Origin: an uncultured Actinomycetota bacterium
Lineage (GTDB): Bacteria > Actinomycetota > Acidimicrobiia > Spongiisociales > UBA4744
Reading direction: 5' to 3'
Assembly: GCA_963715305.1 (NCBI GenBank)
Contig: CAVQSB010000007.1
Span: 37,576-101,575, forward strand
Length of the DNA: 64,000 bases
The translations under genes were made by a program, and so were the position numbers. A model generated the notes under the pieces. It did not search any database and had not been told where the DNA came from. It saw only the letters and a program-made list of their open reading frames with translations. Below, piece after piece: positions 17,600 to 27,050 of the stretch (positions are counted from its first letter, which is position 1; the number at the start of each line of letters is the position of its first letter).

Positions 17600-19030
17600 T
17601 TACCTCTTGACGTAGCGCATCTGGCCGACCAGGTATTCGACATGATCCGGGCCGTACGACGACCAGACCTGATAGACGCAATCCGGTTCAGCGGCTATCT
17701 CAACGAACGCCCGGTACGCCTCGGGGGCCGATGCTCCGGTCACGGGGTCGAGGTGCACGATCCGGTCGGCCGGAAGGTCGAAGCTCAGCTCGGGGAAGAT
17801 CCACACTTCGCTGCTATCTTCGAAACGCAGACTCGGATTGCCGTCCGTCCGGTGGTCTGGAGCACCGCCGAGTGGCTCCAGGCTGGTTCCGAAGGCACCT
17901 CGACCGCAATCGGCGCAGTAATCGCCGTTGTCATAGCGACCAGGACCATCGCTTCGATCCCAGGCCACGATCGCGGCTCCATCGCCGGCGGCCCGCCTGG
18001 CCGTGGCACCGGCGCCTTCGGGTCCCACATCGGCGAAGGCCATCAGGGGACAGGCCGTGGTGCCGAGGTCCTGGTCCCACTCCTTGAGGAAGGCCGCGGG
18101 GATTGCGGTGCCGGACAACCCGGGTTGACTCCAAGGAGCTTCCCCCATTGCGCGGGTGACCTGGTTGGCTTGGTCGATGAGTGCAACCGGGTCTGCCTGC
18201 ATGCCCTCCACGAGCCTCAGCGAGTCCAGCAGCGCTCGCAGGTGGTCCTCGCCAAGGAACGACCACACGTTGTAGAGACACCCCTGAGCTTTGACCAGCA
18301 CGTAGCTCAGCACGGGAGCACCCGAGCCGGGAGCCGCGAGGCCTTCCAGGCCGTAGCCGGCCCGGCTGCCGTCGTCCCAGGCGATTCGATTCGGCCAGAT
18401 GCCGAGATCTTCGACGCCGCCGGTGATGTCGGCGCCGCCGACCCCGTAGGCGCTCCGACCGCAATCCGGACAGTATCCGGCGGTCGCGGAGCGTCCCGGA
18501 CCGTCGGGAAGATCCCAGGCTACGGCCCAACCTCCGCCAAAGTCGGCTGAGCGGCTGATCGCGCCGGACCCCAGAGCGGCCGGGTCGGCCGGGTACAACG
18601 CCGAGCACCACGTCCGGTTCTGTGCTTGCCCCCAGTCTTCGATGAGGTGCTGCGGCACAGCGGATTGGGAGAGGGGGAGCGCCGACCAAGGTGCGACCCC
18701 GCCTGCGACCTCGTTGTCCAACCGGGTGACCGTCGTAGTGGTTGCCGGAATCGTGGTTGTCGATCCGGTGGATCCTTCCACCGTTGTGCTTGTTGCCTGG
18801 GTTACGGCCGTTTCGTTGGAGCCTCCCAGCATGATGGTGGTGGTGAGAGCGCCGATCACCAGCACGAAGGCCATCGATGCCAGGCCCAGTGCCGGCCCGG
18901 TTATGCGAAAGCGACCTTGTCGACCTTCAGCCATGATCCGGTTGGCGAGGCCGAGAGGCGCCCCCGGCAGGGACTTGGAGTCGACGGGATTCGACTTCCT
19001 TAACCGATCAAAGGGATCCTGGGTGCTCAT
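17600..19030 (-). CDS. single-pass membrane protein in the anti-sigma position, with two tandem copies of an unassigned ~170-aa Cys-containing domain
   Basis: Internal ATG at 19030 (MSTQDPFDRLRKSNPVD...) overlaps the sigma stop (ATGA). One TM helix (ALGLASMAFVLVIGALTTTIML) and a Thr-rich linker precede two homologous domains, each with APWS...C...AWD..DGPGR...YCxDCGR.A.G...C.Y.VWS. Confidence 0.6.
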   Translation of the reverse strand: MSTQDPFDRLRKSNPVDSKSLPGAPLGLANRIMAEGRQGRFRITGPALGLASMAFVLVIGALTTTIMLGGSNETAVTQATSTTVEGSTGSTTTIPATTTTVTRLDNEVAGGVAPWSALPLSQSAVPQHLIEDWGQAQNRTWCSALYPADPAALGSGAISRSADFGGGWAVAWDLPDGPGRSATAGYCPDCGRSAYGVGGADITGGVEDLGIWPNRIAWDDGSRAGYGLEGLAAPGSGAPVLSYVLVKAQGCLYNVWSFLGEDHLRALLDSLRLVEGMQADPVALIDQANQVTRAMGEAPWSQPGLSGTAIPAAFLKEWDQDLGTTACPLMAFADVGPEGAGATARRAAGDGAAIVAWDRSDGPGRYDNGDYCADCGRGAFGTSLEPLGGAPDHRTDGNPSLRFEDSSEVWIFPELSFDLPADRIVHLDPVTGASAPEAYRAFVEIAAEPDCVYQVWSSYGPDHVEYLVGQMRYVKR

Positions 19031-19626
19031 GATCGACCTCCGGAAATCAGGGCCTGCTGGAGTTGCTGCTTGGCGCGGTGGAGACGAATACTCGCTGCGT
19101 TTGGTGAGCAAGCGAGGACGATGGCAATCTCGGAGATGGAGAGATCTTCCCAACAGTGGAGACGGATGATCTCCCTATCCGCCAAACGGAGCCCGGCCAT
19201 CGCCTGGTTCACGTCATGGTGCTCGCCGTACGAAGGGTCCATCGTTGACTTCTCGGTGAGCGAAGTGATCTTGGCGGCGACGCGGTCCTGACGACGGCTC
19301 CCCCTCCTGGAGTTGGCGAGGACCTTTCGAGCGATGCCGAAGAGCCAGGGGCGGATAGCGTCGGGTGGTGCCGAATTCCACTTTCGCCACGCAATAGTGA
19401 ACGTCTCGGCAGCTATGTCCTCGGCATCGGCCGGGACGGCGCGCCGTTTTGCGTACGCAAGTATGTCCCGGTAGTGCTGGTCGAAGGCCAGCCGGAAATC
19501 GCTACTGGTTCGCGACGCCGACACTCTTTCCACGAAGGTCGATCCCCTTGTTATGACTGCGTTCACACTCTCCCATGTCCGGACGGCTCGGTGATCTTTC
19601 ACGGGGATATGATTCGTTGCAGTCAA
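19027..19626 (-). CDS. ECF-type RNA polymerase sigma-70 family factor
   Basis: 199 aa. Region 2 (FDQHYRDILAYAKRR...AEDIAAETFTIAWRKW) and region 4 (LADREIIRLHCWEDLSISEIAIVLACSPNAASIRLHRAKQQL). Confidence 0.85.
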   Translation of the reverse strand: MTATNHIPVKDHRAVRTWESVNAVITRGSTFVERVSASRTSSDFRLAFDQHYRDILAYAKRRAVPADAEDIAAETFTIAWRKWNSAPPDAIRPWLFGIARKVLANSRRGSRRQDRVAAKITSLTEKSTMDPSYGEHHDVNQAMAGLRLADREIIRLHCWEDLSISEIAIVLACSPNAASIRLHRAKQQLQQALISGGRS

Positions 19627-19756
19627 TCTCGTTGTGGGTACGGCCGGGATCTTCCGGTAACTGAAGCGACCGCCCTTGGGGGAAGGCGGTCGCTATGGTC
19701 GGGCTAACACGGGAGGTGGGCTAACCACCCTCTATATCGGCTGGAGTTGGAGTTTC

Positions 19757-20317
19757 TTGAGGGATTTCTCGGAAAATCGTGAGGCTCTTCTGGAGCACCT
19801 ACGTACCCATGCCGTGCGCACAGATGGACCGTTCGAGTTGCGGTCCGGAGCGGTTGCATCCTGGTATCTCGATGCCCGTCAGACAACGTTCGACGGAGCC
19901 GGCGCCGTCGTCGTAGCGGGAGCCGTACTCGAGGTTCTCGGCGAGAGCGTTCAGGCGGTTGGCGGCATGACCATGGGCGCCGACCCGGTCGCCGTAGCCA
20001 CCGCCATGCTCGCTGCACAGAGGGGTAGAGCGTTGCGATCGTTCTCAATCCGCAAGGCGGCCAAGCGTCATGGAGCAGGAGGAAGGCTGGTTGGGCCGGT
20101 GGGCCCGGGAGATATTGTTGCCGTTCTCGAAGACACAACAACGACGGGTGGAGCGTTGCTGGAAGCCATCAACGAAGCAGTACGCTCTGGTTTGCAGGTC
20201 GTCCAGGCCATCGCCCTCGTCGACCGAAGCGAGGGCCTCGTTCGGGAACGGGTGACCGAAGCCGGGATCCCGTATCAGGCGTTGATCACCCCCGAAGATC
20301 TTGGAGTTGGCGAATGA
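19757..20317 (+). CDS. pyrE: orotate phosphoribosyltransferase
   Basis: ORF 19676..20317. Has the PRPP-binding loop VAVLEDTTTTGGALLEAI and FELRSGAVASWYLDAR. The start is uncertain; TTG 19757 gives a ~186-aa protein of typical length. Confidence 0.85.
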   Translation: MRDFSENREALLEHLRTHAVRTDGPFELRSGAVASWYLDARQTTFDGAGAVVVAGAVLEVLGESVQAVGGMTMGADPVAVATAMLAAQRGRALRSFSIRKAAKRHGAGGRLVGPVGPGDIVAVLEDTTTTGGALLEAINEAVRSGLQVVQAIALVDRSEGLVRERVTEAGIPYQALITPEDLGVGE

Positions 20318-20892
20318 CCAAGAGAGTCGAGTTCGAGACTTCGGCGTGGAAGGTCTGGCTGCTCGCCATTCTCGGCGTACCTTTCCTGCTCATTGGTGCC
20401 GACTTCTTCTTCGAACAGAAGTTGATTGGACGGTTCCGAGATCTCATCTACGGAACCGAGGAGCTTCCGGCCGTCGAGCCTCGCGACAAGATCATTGCGG
20501 CCTTGTTCATCCTGGCGGGAGCAACCCTGATCCTGTGGGGTTTGAAAGAGCTTGTGTTCCCCAAGAAGGTGTTCAGCGCGGATGACCAGGGTATCCGGCT
20601 CTCCCTGGCCGGTCCGTTCCGGCCTCCGGTGCTGGTTCCGTGGAGCGAGGTTGCGGATGTTTCCTACTTGGTCTTGGACGACGAGGGTGACGATCGTCCC
20701 GCGGTTCTGCTCGAAGTTACCGATCGGGCAACTTTGCCTGATCATCCATGGGGCGCCCGCTGGATCAGCCAGGGCGAGTTGCTGATCGATACTGCAGGTT
20801 GGTCGCCGCCCCCTGCGGACATCGTCGAATCGTTGTGGCAGCTGCGCCATTCCGTCGAGATCGAGACCGGGGACGAGGAAGGGGGCCGCTGA
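20314..20892 (+). CDS. hypothetical membrane protein
   Basis: 192 aa with two N-terminal TM helices. Coupled on both sides: ATGA with pyrE and TGATG with nfo. Confidence 0.5.
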   Translation: MTKRVEFETSAWKVWLLAILGVPFLLIGADFFFEQKLIGRFRDLIYGTEELPAVEPRDKIIAALFILAGATLILWGLKELVFPKKVFSADDQGIRLSLAGPFRPPVLVPWSEVADVSYLVLDDEGDDRPAVLLEVTDRATLPDHPWGARWISQGELLIDTAGWSPPPADIVESLWQLRHSVEIETGDEEGGR

Positions 20893-21650
20893 TGCTCATC
20901 GGAGCCCATGTCAACAACGCTCATCCTTTGGCCGAAGCCGCATCCAGGCAGGCGGATGCCGTGCAGATGTTTGCCTCGAATCCGCAGTCGTGGAAGAAGC
21001 CCCTGCCCCGTCCCGATGCCGAGGAGCTGAAGGCCGCCCCCATCCCGATCTACGTGCATGCTCCGTACTTGATCAACGTGATCTCCCCGAACAACCGCGT
21101 GCGGATACCCAGCCGGAAGATCCTGGCGCAAACGATTGAAGCGGCCGAAGCGTTCGGAGCTGCGGCGGTGATCGTACATGCGGGCCATGTGACGGACGAG
21201 GGATCCATCGAGGATGGTCCCGGGCGGTGGCGGAAGGCACTCGAGCCCCTCGAAACCGAACTGCCTGTCCTAATTGAAAACACGGCCGGGGGGGAGGCGG
21301 CGCTGGGTAGGCGGATCGAAGACATCGCTCGTTTGTGGGAGGAGATCGGCGATCTTGGGCCCGGGTTCTGTCTTGACACCTGTCACTTCTGGGCCGCAGG
21401 CGAGGACCTCGACGGTCTCGTCGATCGGGTGATCGCCGCTACCGGTCGGATTGATCTGGTCCACTGCAACGACTCGCGTGATCCGTTCGACAGCAGGCGT
21501 GATCGCCACGCCAACCTTGGCAAGGGTGAAATCCCTCCGGATCAGCTCCTCGGTGTCGTACGAGAGGCCGGGGCACCGGTCATCGTGGAAACCCCGGGAG
21601 GTCCCGATGAGCAAGCCGCCGATATTGCCTGGTTGCGCGCGAACGTGTGA
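20892..21650 (+). CDS. nfo: deoxyribonuclease IV (endonuclease IV, AP endonuclease 2 family)
   Basis: In-frame ATG at 20892 in ORF 20748..21650. Reads [13 protein letters not shown]...[10 protein letters not shown]...VIVHAGH...LIENTAG...[11 protein letters not shown]...VHCNDS. Confidence 0.85.
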   Translation: MLIGAHVNNAHPLAEAASRQADAVQMFASNPQSWKKPLPRPDAEELKAAPIPIYVHAPYLINVISPNNRVRIPSRKILAQTIEAAEAFGAAAVIVHAGHVTDEGSIEDGPGRWRKALEPLETELPVLIENTAGGEAALGRRIEDIARLWEEIGDLGPGFCLDTCHFWAAGEDLDGLVDRVIAATGRIDLVHCNDSRDPFDSRRDRHANLGKGEIPPDQLLGVVREAGAPVIVETPGGPDEQAADIAWLRANV

Positions 21651-21655
21651 GATGC

Positions 21656-21709
21656 CAGCTATCAGCTATCAGTTTCACGAGAATGGGCCTGACCGCTGAC
21701 CGCTGACCG
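21656..21709. repeat. composite heptamer-repeat element: (CAGCTAT)x2-CAG, a 16-nt spacer, then (CTGACCG)x3
   Basis: Read directly from the sequence: ccagctatcagctatcag tttcacgagaatgggc ctgaccgctgaccgctgaccg. It fills the gap between the convergent nfo stop (21650) and the oxidoreductase stop (21710). Confidence 0.85.
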
Positions 21710-22699
21710 CTACCCCTCGGCTGCTTTCCGTATCTGCTCGATGACAACCATGTTGGCGACCCCGTCGGTCGGGGGGGTCGGGACCGGGAGGTCATCAAGG
21801 ACTGCCCGGGCGAAGAGCCTTGCTTGCACGGTGTATTGATTGGTCGCCGGGAAGGTGATGGTGACGGTGTCCGGGTCGACCGGGGCATCGCCACCGCGCG
21901 TCAGGAAGATCCTGGTTTCCCGGTCCGGGGGGATATTGAAGGGAATCTCGACTTCGATCCGGCCATCTGAGCCCAGCAGGTGCACTCGCTGGTCGGGTTC
22001 CGTCTGGGTGGAAACGACGAAGTCGGCCTGTCCTTCTCCGAATTCCAGCAGAGCCGAGGTTAGGGTGTCGGTTCCGAATTCGGGGTGGCGCCGGATGGAG
22101 GCCTGGACTCGGGTTGGTTCGCTTCCGAACAGCATGCGAGACGCGTTGACGGCGTAGCAGCCGATATCCATGAGGGCACCCCCGCCTGTTTCCAGCTGAT
22201 TGCGGATATTGGAAGGGTCGTCGTTGAAATACGTGAAGCGGGTTTGGACCGAACGCAGCTCGCCGATGGCTCCCGATGAAACCAGGTCGCGCACCTTCAT
22301 CCAGGAGGGATGGAGCCGGTACATGAACGCCTCCATCAACTTCACGTTTTCCTCCGCGCACACATCCACCATGTTCTGCGCGTCGGCCGACGTCATCGCA
22401 AAAGGCTTCTCACACAGCACGTGTTTGCCGGCTCGGGCCGCCTTGATGGTCCACTCGCGGTGCAGCTGGTTGGGAAGCGGGTTGTAGATCGCGTCAACAT
22501 CCTGGGAGGCGATCAGCTTTTCGTAGCTGCCGTACACGGTTGGAATGGCTAGACGATCCGCGACCGCTTTGCCCCGTCCTGCGTCCCGGGAGGCGATGGC
22601 CACGACCTCGCAATGGGGAGCGGCCTGGATGGCGGGGATCACCTGCTTGGTGCCTATGGCGGCCGTACTGAGAATGCCCCAGCGCACTTTCTTCGTCAT
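21710..22699 (-). CDS. Gfo/Idh/MocA family NAD(P)-dependent oxidoreductase
   Basis: 329 aa: MTKKVRWGILSTAAIGTKQVIPAI...HVLCEKPFAMT. Confidence 0.85.
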   Translation of the reverse strand: MTKKVRWGILSTAAIGTKQVIPAIQAAPHCEVVAIASRDAGRGKAVADRLAIPTVYGSYEKLIASQDVDAIYNPLPNQLHREWTIKAARAGKHVLCEKPFAMTSADAQNMVDVCAEENVKLMEAFMYRLHPSWMKVRDLVSSGAIGELRSVQTRFTYFNDDPSNIRNQLETGGGALMDIGCYAVNASRMLFGSEPTRVQASIRRHPEFGTDTLTSALLEFGEGQADFVVSTQTEPDQRVHLLGSDGRIEVEIPFNIPPDRETRIFLTRGGDAPVDPDTVTITFPATNQYTVQARLFARAVLDDLPVPTPPTDGVANMVVIEQIRKAAEG

Positions 22700-22705
22700 A
22701 TCTCC

Positions 22706-23494
22706 TCAATTCAATGGTGTCCACCGGAGGGTGGCATTGGCCATCAGCGGGTTTCCGGGTGTCACGATAAAGGGATCCTGGTTCAGCGCATCAGGTGGTG
22801 CGGTCTGCGGTTCAAGACACATTGCATGATCCTTCTCGTTGTAGACCACCCACCAGTCCGAGTCCGCCGCCATCTGGAGTCGAAGGTAGCCGGGCCATTG
22901 CAGACTTGGCGGCTCCTCGACTCCTCCGAAGCAGTCGTCCCAAGGCCCCTCCGGAACCGCCGTCCGCTCCCGGGTGGCTATGCCGTGTTCGTCCCGGCGG
23001 AGCATGAAGCCCGGTCGAAAACCGAGCTGTGCCTGAGCGCCGCCTATCCGGGTACGAAACCACGGATGCCAGCCACACGAGGCCGGCATCCGGCCCTCCG
23101 TGGCATGGACCTCGAGTCGAAGATCGAGAGAGTTCTCTTCCAGGTGGATCTCGTGGCTGATGAACCCCGGAAATGGCCACGGCGGTCCGAGATCGGTCAC
23201 GAACGTGGTCGGTGCTTCGTGCTCCCACTCCTGGAGGTGGGCCGTTCCGTGCAGGGCATGTCCGTCGGAGGTGCGCGGTAAGTCGTACTGTTCTCCTTCG
23301 AAGGAGAAGTGTCCGGCGCGAACCCGGCCTGCGTACGGTGCCATCGGGTACAGGCCCCAGGCAACCGAGGTCTTTCCCGTCGTGACGAGCAGCTCATGTC
23401 CGCCGACCCGCAAAGAGGCCAACCTGCCTCCGTTGTCGAGGTCGATGATCAGGTCGGCGTCCCCCTTCGACATCTTCACGTGCCGGGACTTCAT
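22706..23494 (-). CDS. aldose 1-epimerase family protein
   Basis: 262 aa: NGGRLASLRVGGHELLV...GLYPMAPYAGRVRAGHFSFEGEQYDLP...HALHGTAH. Confidence 0.8.
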   Translation of the reverse strand: MKSRHVKMSKGDADLIIDLDNGGRLASLRVGGHELLVTTGKTSVAWGLYPMAPYAGRVRAGHFSFEGEQYDLPRTSDGHALHGTAHLQEWEHEAPTTFVTDLGPPWPFPGFISHEIHLEENSLDLRLEVHATEGRMPASCGWHPWFRTRIGGAQAQLGFRPGFMLRRDEHGIATRERTAVPEGPWDDCFGGVEEPPSLQWPGYLRLQMAADSDWWVVYNEKDHAMCLEPQTAPPDALNQDPFIVTPGNPLMANATLRWTPLN

Positions 23495-23526
23495 GGGCGA
23501 AACTTAGTGCCGCTACCGTGCCTCCG

Positions 23527-24699
23527 ATGAAGAAGACGATGGGTCTGGTGGCCTTGAGCGTCGCTGCATTCGTCGCGCTCGGTATGCCGAAATCGGCCTT
23601 CGGGGTCGCCTGGCCGTCGGTGGCAGGAGATTTTGGTCGGCCGGTGGCCGATCTTGGCCTGGTCATCGCGGTGTACGTGGTTGGCTATTTCGTCGCTTCG
23701 GCGGCCACCGGCCGGCTGACCCGCCGTTTCGCGGTTGGGAGCTTGCTCGTGGCGGCTTCGAGCTTGGCGACGGTCAGTTTGCTTGGCTACGCGACGGCAC
23801 CCGACTGGCTCTGGTTGATGGTGGCCGTCATCGGCTTGGGCGTGGCAGGTGGAGTCATCGACTCCGCAGTCAATGCGGTTGCCGCTCTCCATTTCGGAGC
23901 ACGGACCATGGGGATGCTCCATGCCGGCTTCGGCATCGGAGCGACGCTCGGGCCCCTCATCATGACGACTCTGATCGAAACGGATGCCTCGTGGCGGATC
24001 GGATTTGGCGTGCTGGCCGTAGCTCAAGGCATCCTGGCTCTGCTGTACGTCCGGACCCGGACCGAGTGGAGTGTCAGCGTCGATCTCGCCGACGGATGGT
24101 CGGCCGCCCGTCCGGCCAGGAGAAGTCTGCTGTGGGGTGCCCTGGTCATGTTTGCTCTGTACACAGGGGTAGAGGTTGGAACCGGGCAGTGGGCCTACAC
24201 ACTGCTGACCGAAGGCCGGGGTATGTCGACGGTCGCCGCCGGAGGAGCCGTCACCGCCTTTTGGGCAGCATTGACACTCGCGAGGTTGGCGCTGGGGGCC
24301 GTGGGTCACCGGGTGTCGATTCATCGACTGCTCTCGGTCAGTTCAATCTTTGGCATAGTCGGAGCGGCGGCGCTCTGGCTGAACCCGGTGGCGTGGGCCG
24401 GACCGGTCGGTCTGGTCGTCATGGGTTTGGCGCTCGGCCCGATCTTTCCGCTGCAAACAACGCTCACCCCGACAAGGGTGGGTGCCGCCTTCACCCCAAC
24501 AGCGGTCGGTTATCAGCTGGCAGCCGCCACCTTTGGTGCCGCCGTCATCCCCGGTGGGCTCGGGCTATTGGTTGCAGGGCTCGGCCTCGAGGTGGTTGGT
24601 TTGGTTGTGATGGTTGCGGCGGCGATGTTGGCCGGTTCCATTGAAGTCCTGCGCCGGCTCAGCCTCGCCAATCCGGCCCAAGGGGCCATCACTCGGTGA
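23527..24699 (+). CDS. MFS transporter
   Basis: ORF 23518..24699 (GTG). ATG 23527 gives MKKTMGLVALSVAAF.... About 12 hydrophobic helices. Confidence 0.8.
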   Translation: MKKTMGLVALSVAAFVALGMPKSAFGVAWPSVAGDFGRPVADLGLVIAVYVVGYFVASAATGRLTRRFAVGSLLVAASSLATVSLLGYATAPDWLWLMVAVIGLGVAGGVIDSAVNAVAALHFGARTMGMLHAGFGIGATLGPLIMTTLIETDASWRIGFGVLAVAQGILALLYVRTRTEWSVSVDLADGWSAARPARRSLLWGALVMFALYTGVEVGTGQWAYTLLTEGRGMSTVAAGGAVTAFWAALTLARLALGAVGHRVSIHRLLSVSSIFGIVGAAALWLNPVAWAGPVGLVVMGLALGPIFPLQTTLTPTRVGAAFTPTAVGYQLAAATFGAAVIPGGLGLLVAGLGLEVVGLVVMVAAAMLAGSIEVLRRLSLANPAQGAITR

Positions 24700-25099
24700 C
24701 CAGCCCGGCTCCCATCCTGGCCAACTCGATGTCCACTTCCTCTGCGAGACCGCTCACACCAACGGCCCCGATGATGTGACCGTCGACCACGACCGGCACC
24801 CCGCCGCCCCACGTCACGTAGCGAAGGTCCCCGAAATTGGTCATGGGAAACCCTTCTTCGTGTGAGCGCTTGCCGAGCGCACCGCTCTCGATGTGTGTGC
24901 GCGCCGCGGTATACGCCTTGTTGATGGCAATCACGATGGAGGGCAGGTCGCATCCATCGGTTCGGAGGAAAGCCATCAGTTCGCCGTGCCCGTCGACGAC
25001 GGCGATCGCCGCACCTTGGTGCTGCGGTTCGAGTTCGCTACGGACGGCGACCAGGATCCGGGCTGCGTCGTGATGCGAGAGGGTTCGAGGTTGGCTCAT
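24689..25099 (-). CDS. GlcG/HbpS-like heme-binding protein (DUF336)
   Basis: Internal ATG at 25099 (MSQPRTLSHHDAARILVAV...AINKAYTAA...GGGVPVVVDGHIIGAVGVSG). Overlaps the upstream stop (ATGA). Confidence 0.75.
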   Translation of the reverse strand: MSQPRTLSHHDAARILVAVRSELEPQHQGAAIAVVDGHGELMAFLRTDGCDLPSIVIAINKAYTAARTHIESGALGKRSHEEGFPMTNFGDLRYVTWGGGVPVVVDGHIIGAVGVSGLAEEVDIELARMGAGLVTE

Positions 25100-26244
25100 G
25101 TGACCTCCGCCGGCTTGATGGGTGCTCGCTCTCGCGCCGAGAGGACGGCTGCCTCCATCACCCTCTGTGTGATGTAGGCGTCGGCAAAATCGGGAATGGG
25201 CACGACTGGTTCCGCTCCGTTCAGTGCCGCAACGATGTCGGCTGCCTGGTTGGCGAAGGTGTGTTCGTAACCAAGCCAGTGCCCGTCCGGCCACCAGCTC
25301 GAAGCGTACGGGTGCTGGTCGTGCATGGTCTGAATGGTTCGCCACCCCTGCAGCCGGGGTGCGTCGGATCCATCGAAGAACTCGAGTTCGTTCATGCGTT
25401 CGAAGTTGAACCGTAAAGCTCCGAGCTCGCCGTGGATCTCGATGCGATTGGAGTTCTTGACACCGGTCGCCAAGCGGGTCGATTCGAAGGAGGCGATCGC
25501 TCCCCGCCGGAACCTGGCCAGGAACAGCACTGCATCATCAACGGAACTGCGTCCTTTCTTGGTGGCGTCGTCGGGGAGGGGCCTTTGCTTGATGAAACGT
25601 TCTTCGATCGCACCCGTGACTTCGATGATTTCATCGCCGGTCACGAACCTCGCCATATCGATGATGTGTGCCATGAGGTCGCCGAGGGAGCCCGACCCGG
25701 ACGTGGCCTTTTGAAAACGCCAATTGAGCGGAGTGTCGGGTCCTCCCCAACTCTGCAGGTAGGCCGCCCGCACGTGATAGATCCGGCCGAGTCGCCCTTC
25801 CGACACCAACTGGTGGGCGAGCGCCAGTGCGGGGGCGCGGCGGTAGTTGAACCACACGAAGGTGGGCGCCTTCGTCCGGCGAGCCGCGTCGCGCATGTCC
25901 CGGGCATCCTGCAAAGTACCGGCCAGCGGTTTTTCGCATGCGACTGCCAACCCGGCTTCGAGCGCGGCAACGGCCTGCTCACAATGAAGGTGATTGGGGG
26001 TTCCGATGTCGACGAGGTCGACGGCCGGGTCCGAGACCGCAGTCCTCCAGTCGGTCGTCCATGTTGCCCAACCCCACTGTTCCGCGAATCGTTCGAGATA
26101 CTCAGCGTCACGAGCTGCGACGGTGTGCAAGACGGGCCGCTGGGGCAGATCGAAGAAGTGGCCGGCTTGGAGCCAGGCGTTGGAGTGTGCTTTGCCCATG
26201 AATTTCGAGCCGAACAGGGCGATATTGAGCGCTGGAGTGGTCAT
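25096..26244 (-). CDS. Gfo/Idh/MocA family oxidoreductase
   Basis: Internal ATG at 26244 (MTTPALNIALFGSKFMGKAHSNAW...VACEKPLAGT) in ORF 25096..26304. Confidence 0.85.
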   Translation of the reverse strand: MTTPALNIALFGSKFMGKAHSNAWLQAGHFFDLPQRPVLHTVAARDAEYLERFAEQWGWATWTTDWRTAVSDPAVDLVDIGTPNHLHCEQAVAALEAGLAVACEKPLAGTLQDARDMRDAARRTKAPTFVWFNYRRAPALALAHQLVSEGRLGRIYHVRAAYLQSWGGPDTPLNWRFQKATSGSGSLGDLMAHIIDMARFVTGDEIIEVTGAIEERFIKQRPLPDDATKKGRSSVDDAVLFLARFRRGAIASFESTRLATGVKNSNRIEIHGELGALRFNFERMNELEFFDGSDAPRLQGWRTIQTMHDQHPYASSWWPDGHWLGYEHTFANQAADIVAALNGAEPVVPIPDFADAYITQRVMEAAVLSARERAPIKPAEVT

Positions 26245-26351
26245 GGACCCGAGGTTATCGGACGCGAGGGACCCGCGAGCCGATGCTGAACAAACTCGAA
26301 ACATCGGGTCTCGTTGTTGAGTTCGACGTCAGGATTCGTAACCTGAGCAAG

Positions 26352-27050
26352 GTGAGTACTGCAAACCACCCGAATGGGAGGGTCCTCGTCGTCGATGACG
26401 AGCCGATGGTGCGCGAAGTGGTGACCCGCTATCTGGAACGGGATGGGTTCCGCGTCGATGCAACCGGTGACGGCCAGGCCGCCCTCGAACTGGCGCGAGC
26501 CCGCCCACCCGACCTGCTGATCCTCGATGTGATGTTGCCGTCGAAAGATGGGTTCAGCGTCCTGGCGGAGCTCAGGAAAACGAGTTCTGTCCCGGTCATC
26601 CTGCTGACGGCACGTGCCGACGAGACGGATCGCGTTCTCGGACTCGAGTTGGGGGCCGATGACTATGTGGTGAAGCCCTTCTCCCCGCGCGAGCTGGCCG
26701 CCCGGGTCAGATCGGTGCTGCGACGTTCCAACCCGGAAGAACCCGGTTCCCGCCTGGAGTTCGAAGGGCTTTCGATCGATCCCAAAACCCGGGAGGTCAA
26801 AGTTGGGGAGAGAGTGGCCGATCTGACCCCGCGAGAGTTCGACGTCCTGGCCTTTCTGGCCGCCCATCCGCGGCAGGTGTTTTCGCGTGGCCAGCTGCTG
26901 CAGCAGGTTTGGGATTCTTCGGCAGAGTGGCAGGATCCGGCCACCGTTACGGTGCACATGCGGCGCTTGCGAACCAAGCTCGAGGTCGATCCCCAGGATC
27001 CGCAATGGTTGTTGACCGTGTGGGGTGTCGGCTACCGGTTCGAGCCGTGA
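26352..27050 (+). CDS. OmpR/PhoB-type response regulator
   Basis: Receiver domain (RVLVVDDEPMVREV...DLLILDVMLP...ADDYVVKPF) plus a winged-helix output (LTPREFDVLAFLAAHPRQVFSRGQLL...VWGVGYRFEP). GTG 26352 is preferred over the ORF start at 26283. Confidence 0.9.
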   Translation: MSTANHPNGRVLVVDDEPMVREVVTRYLERDGFRVDATGDGQAALELARARPPDLLILDVMLPSKDGFSVLAELRKTSSVPVILLTARADETDRVLGLELGADDYVVKPFSPRELAARVRSVLRRSNPEEPGSRLEFEGLSIDPKTREVKVGERVADLTPREFDVLAFLAAHPRQVFSRGQLLQQVWDSSAEWQDPATVTVHMRRLRTKLEVDPQDPQWLLTVWGVGYRFEP

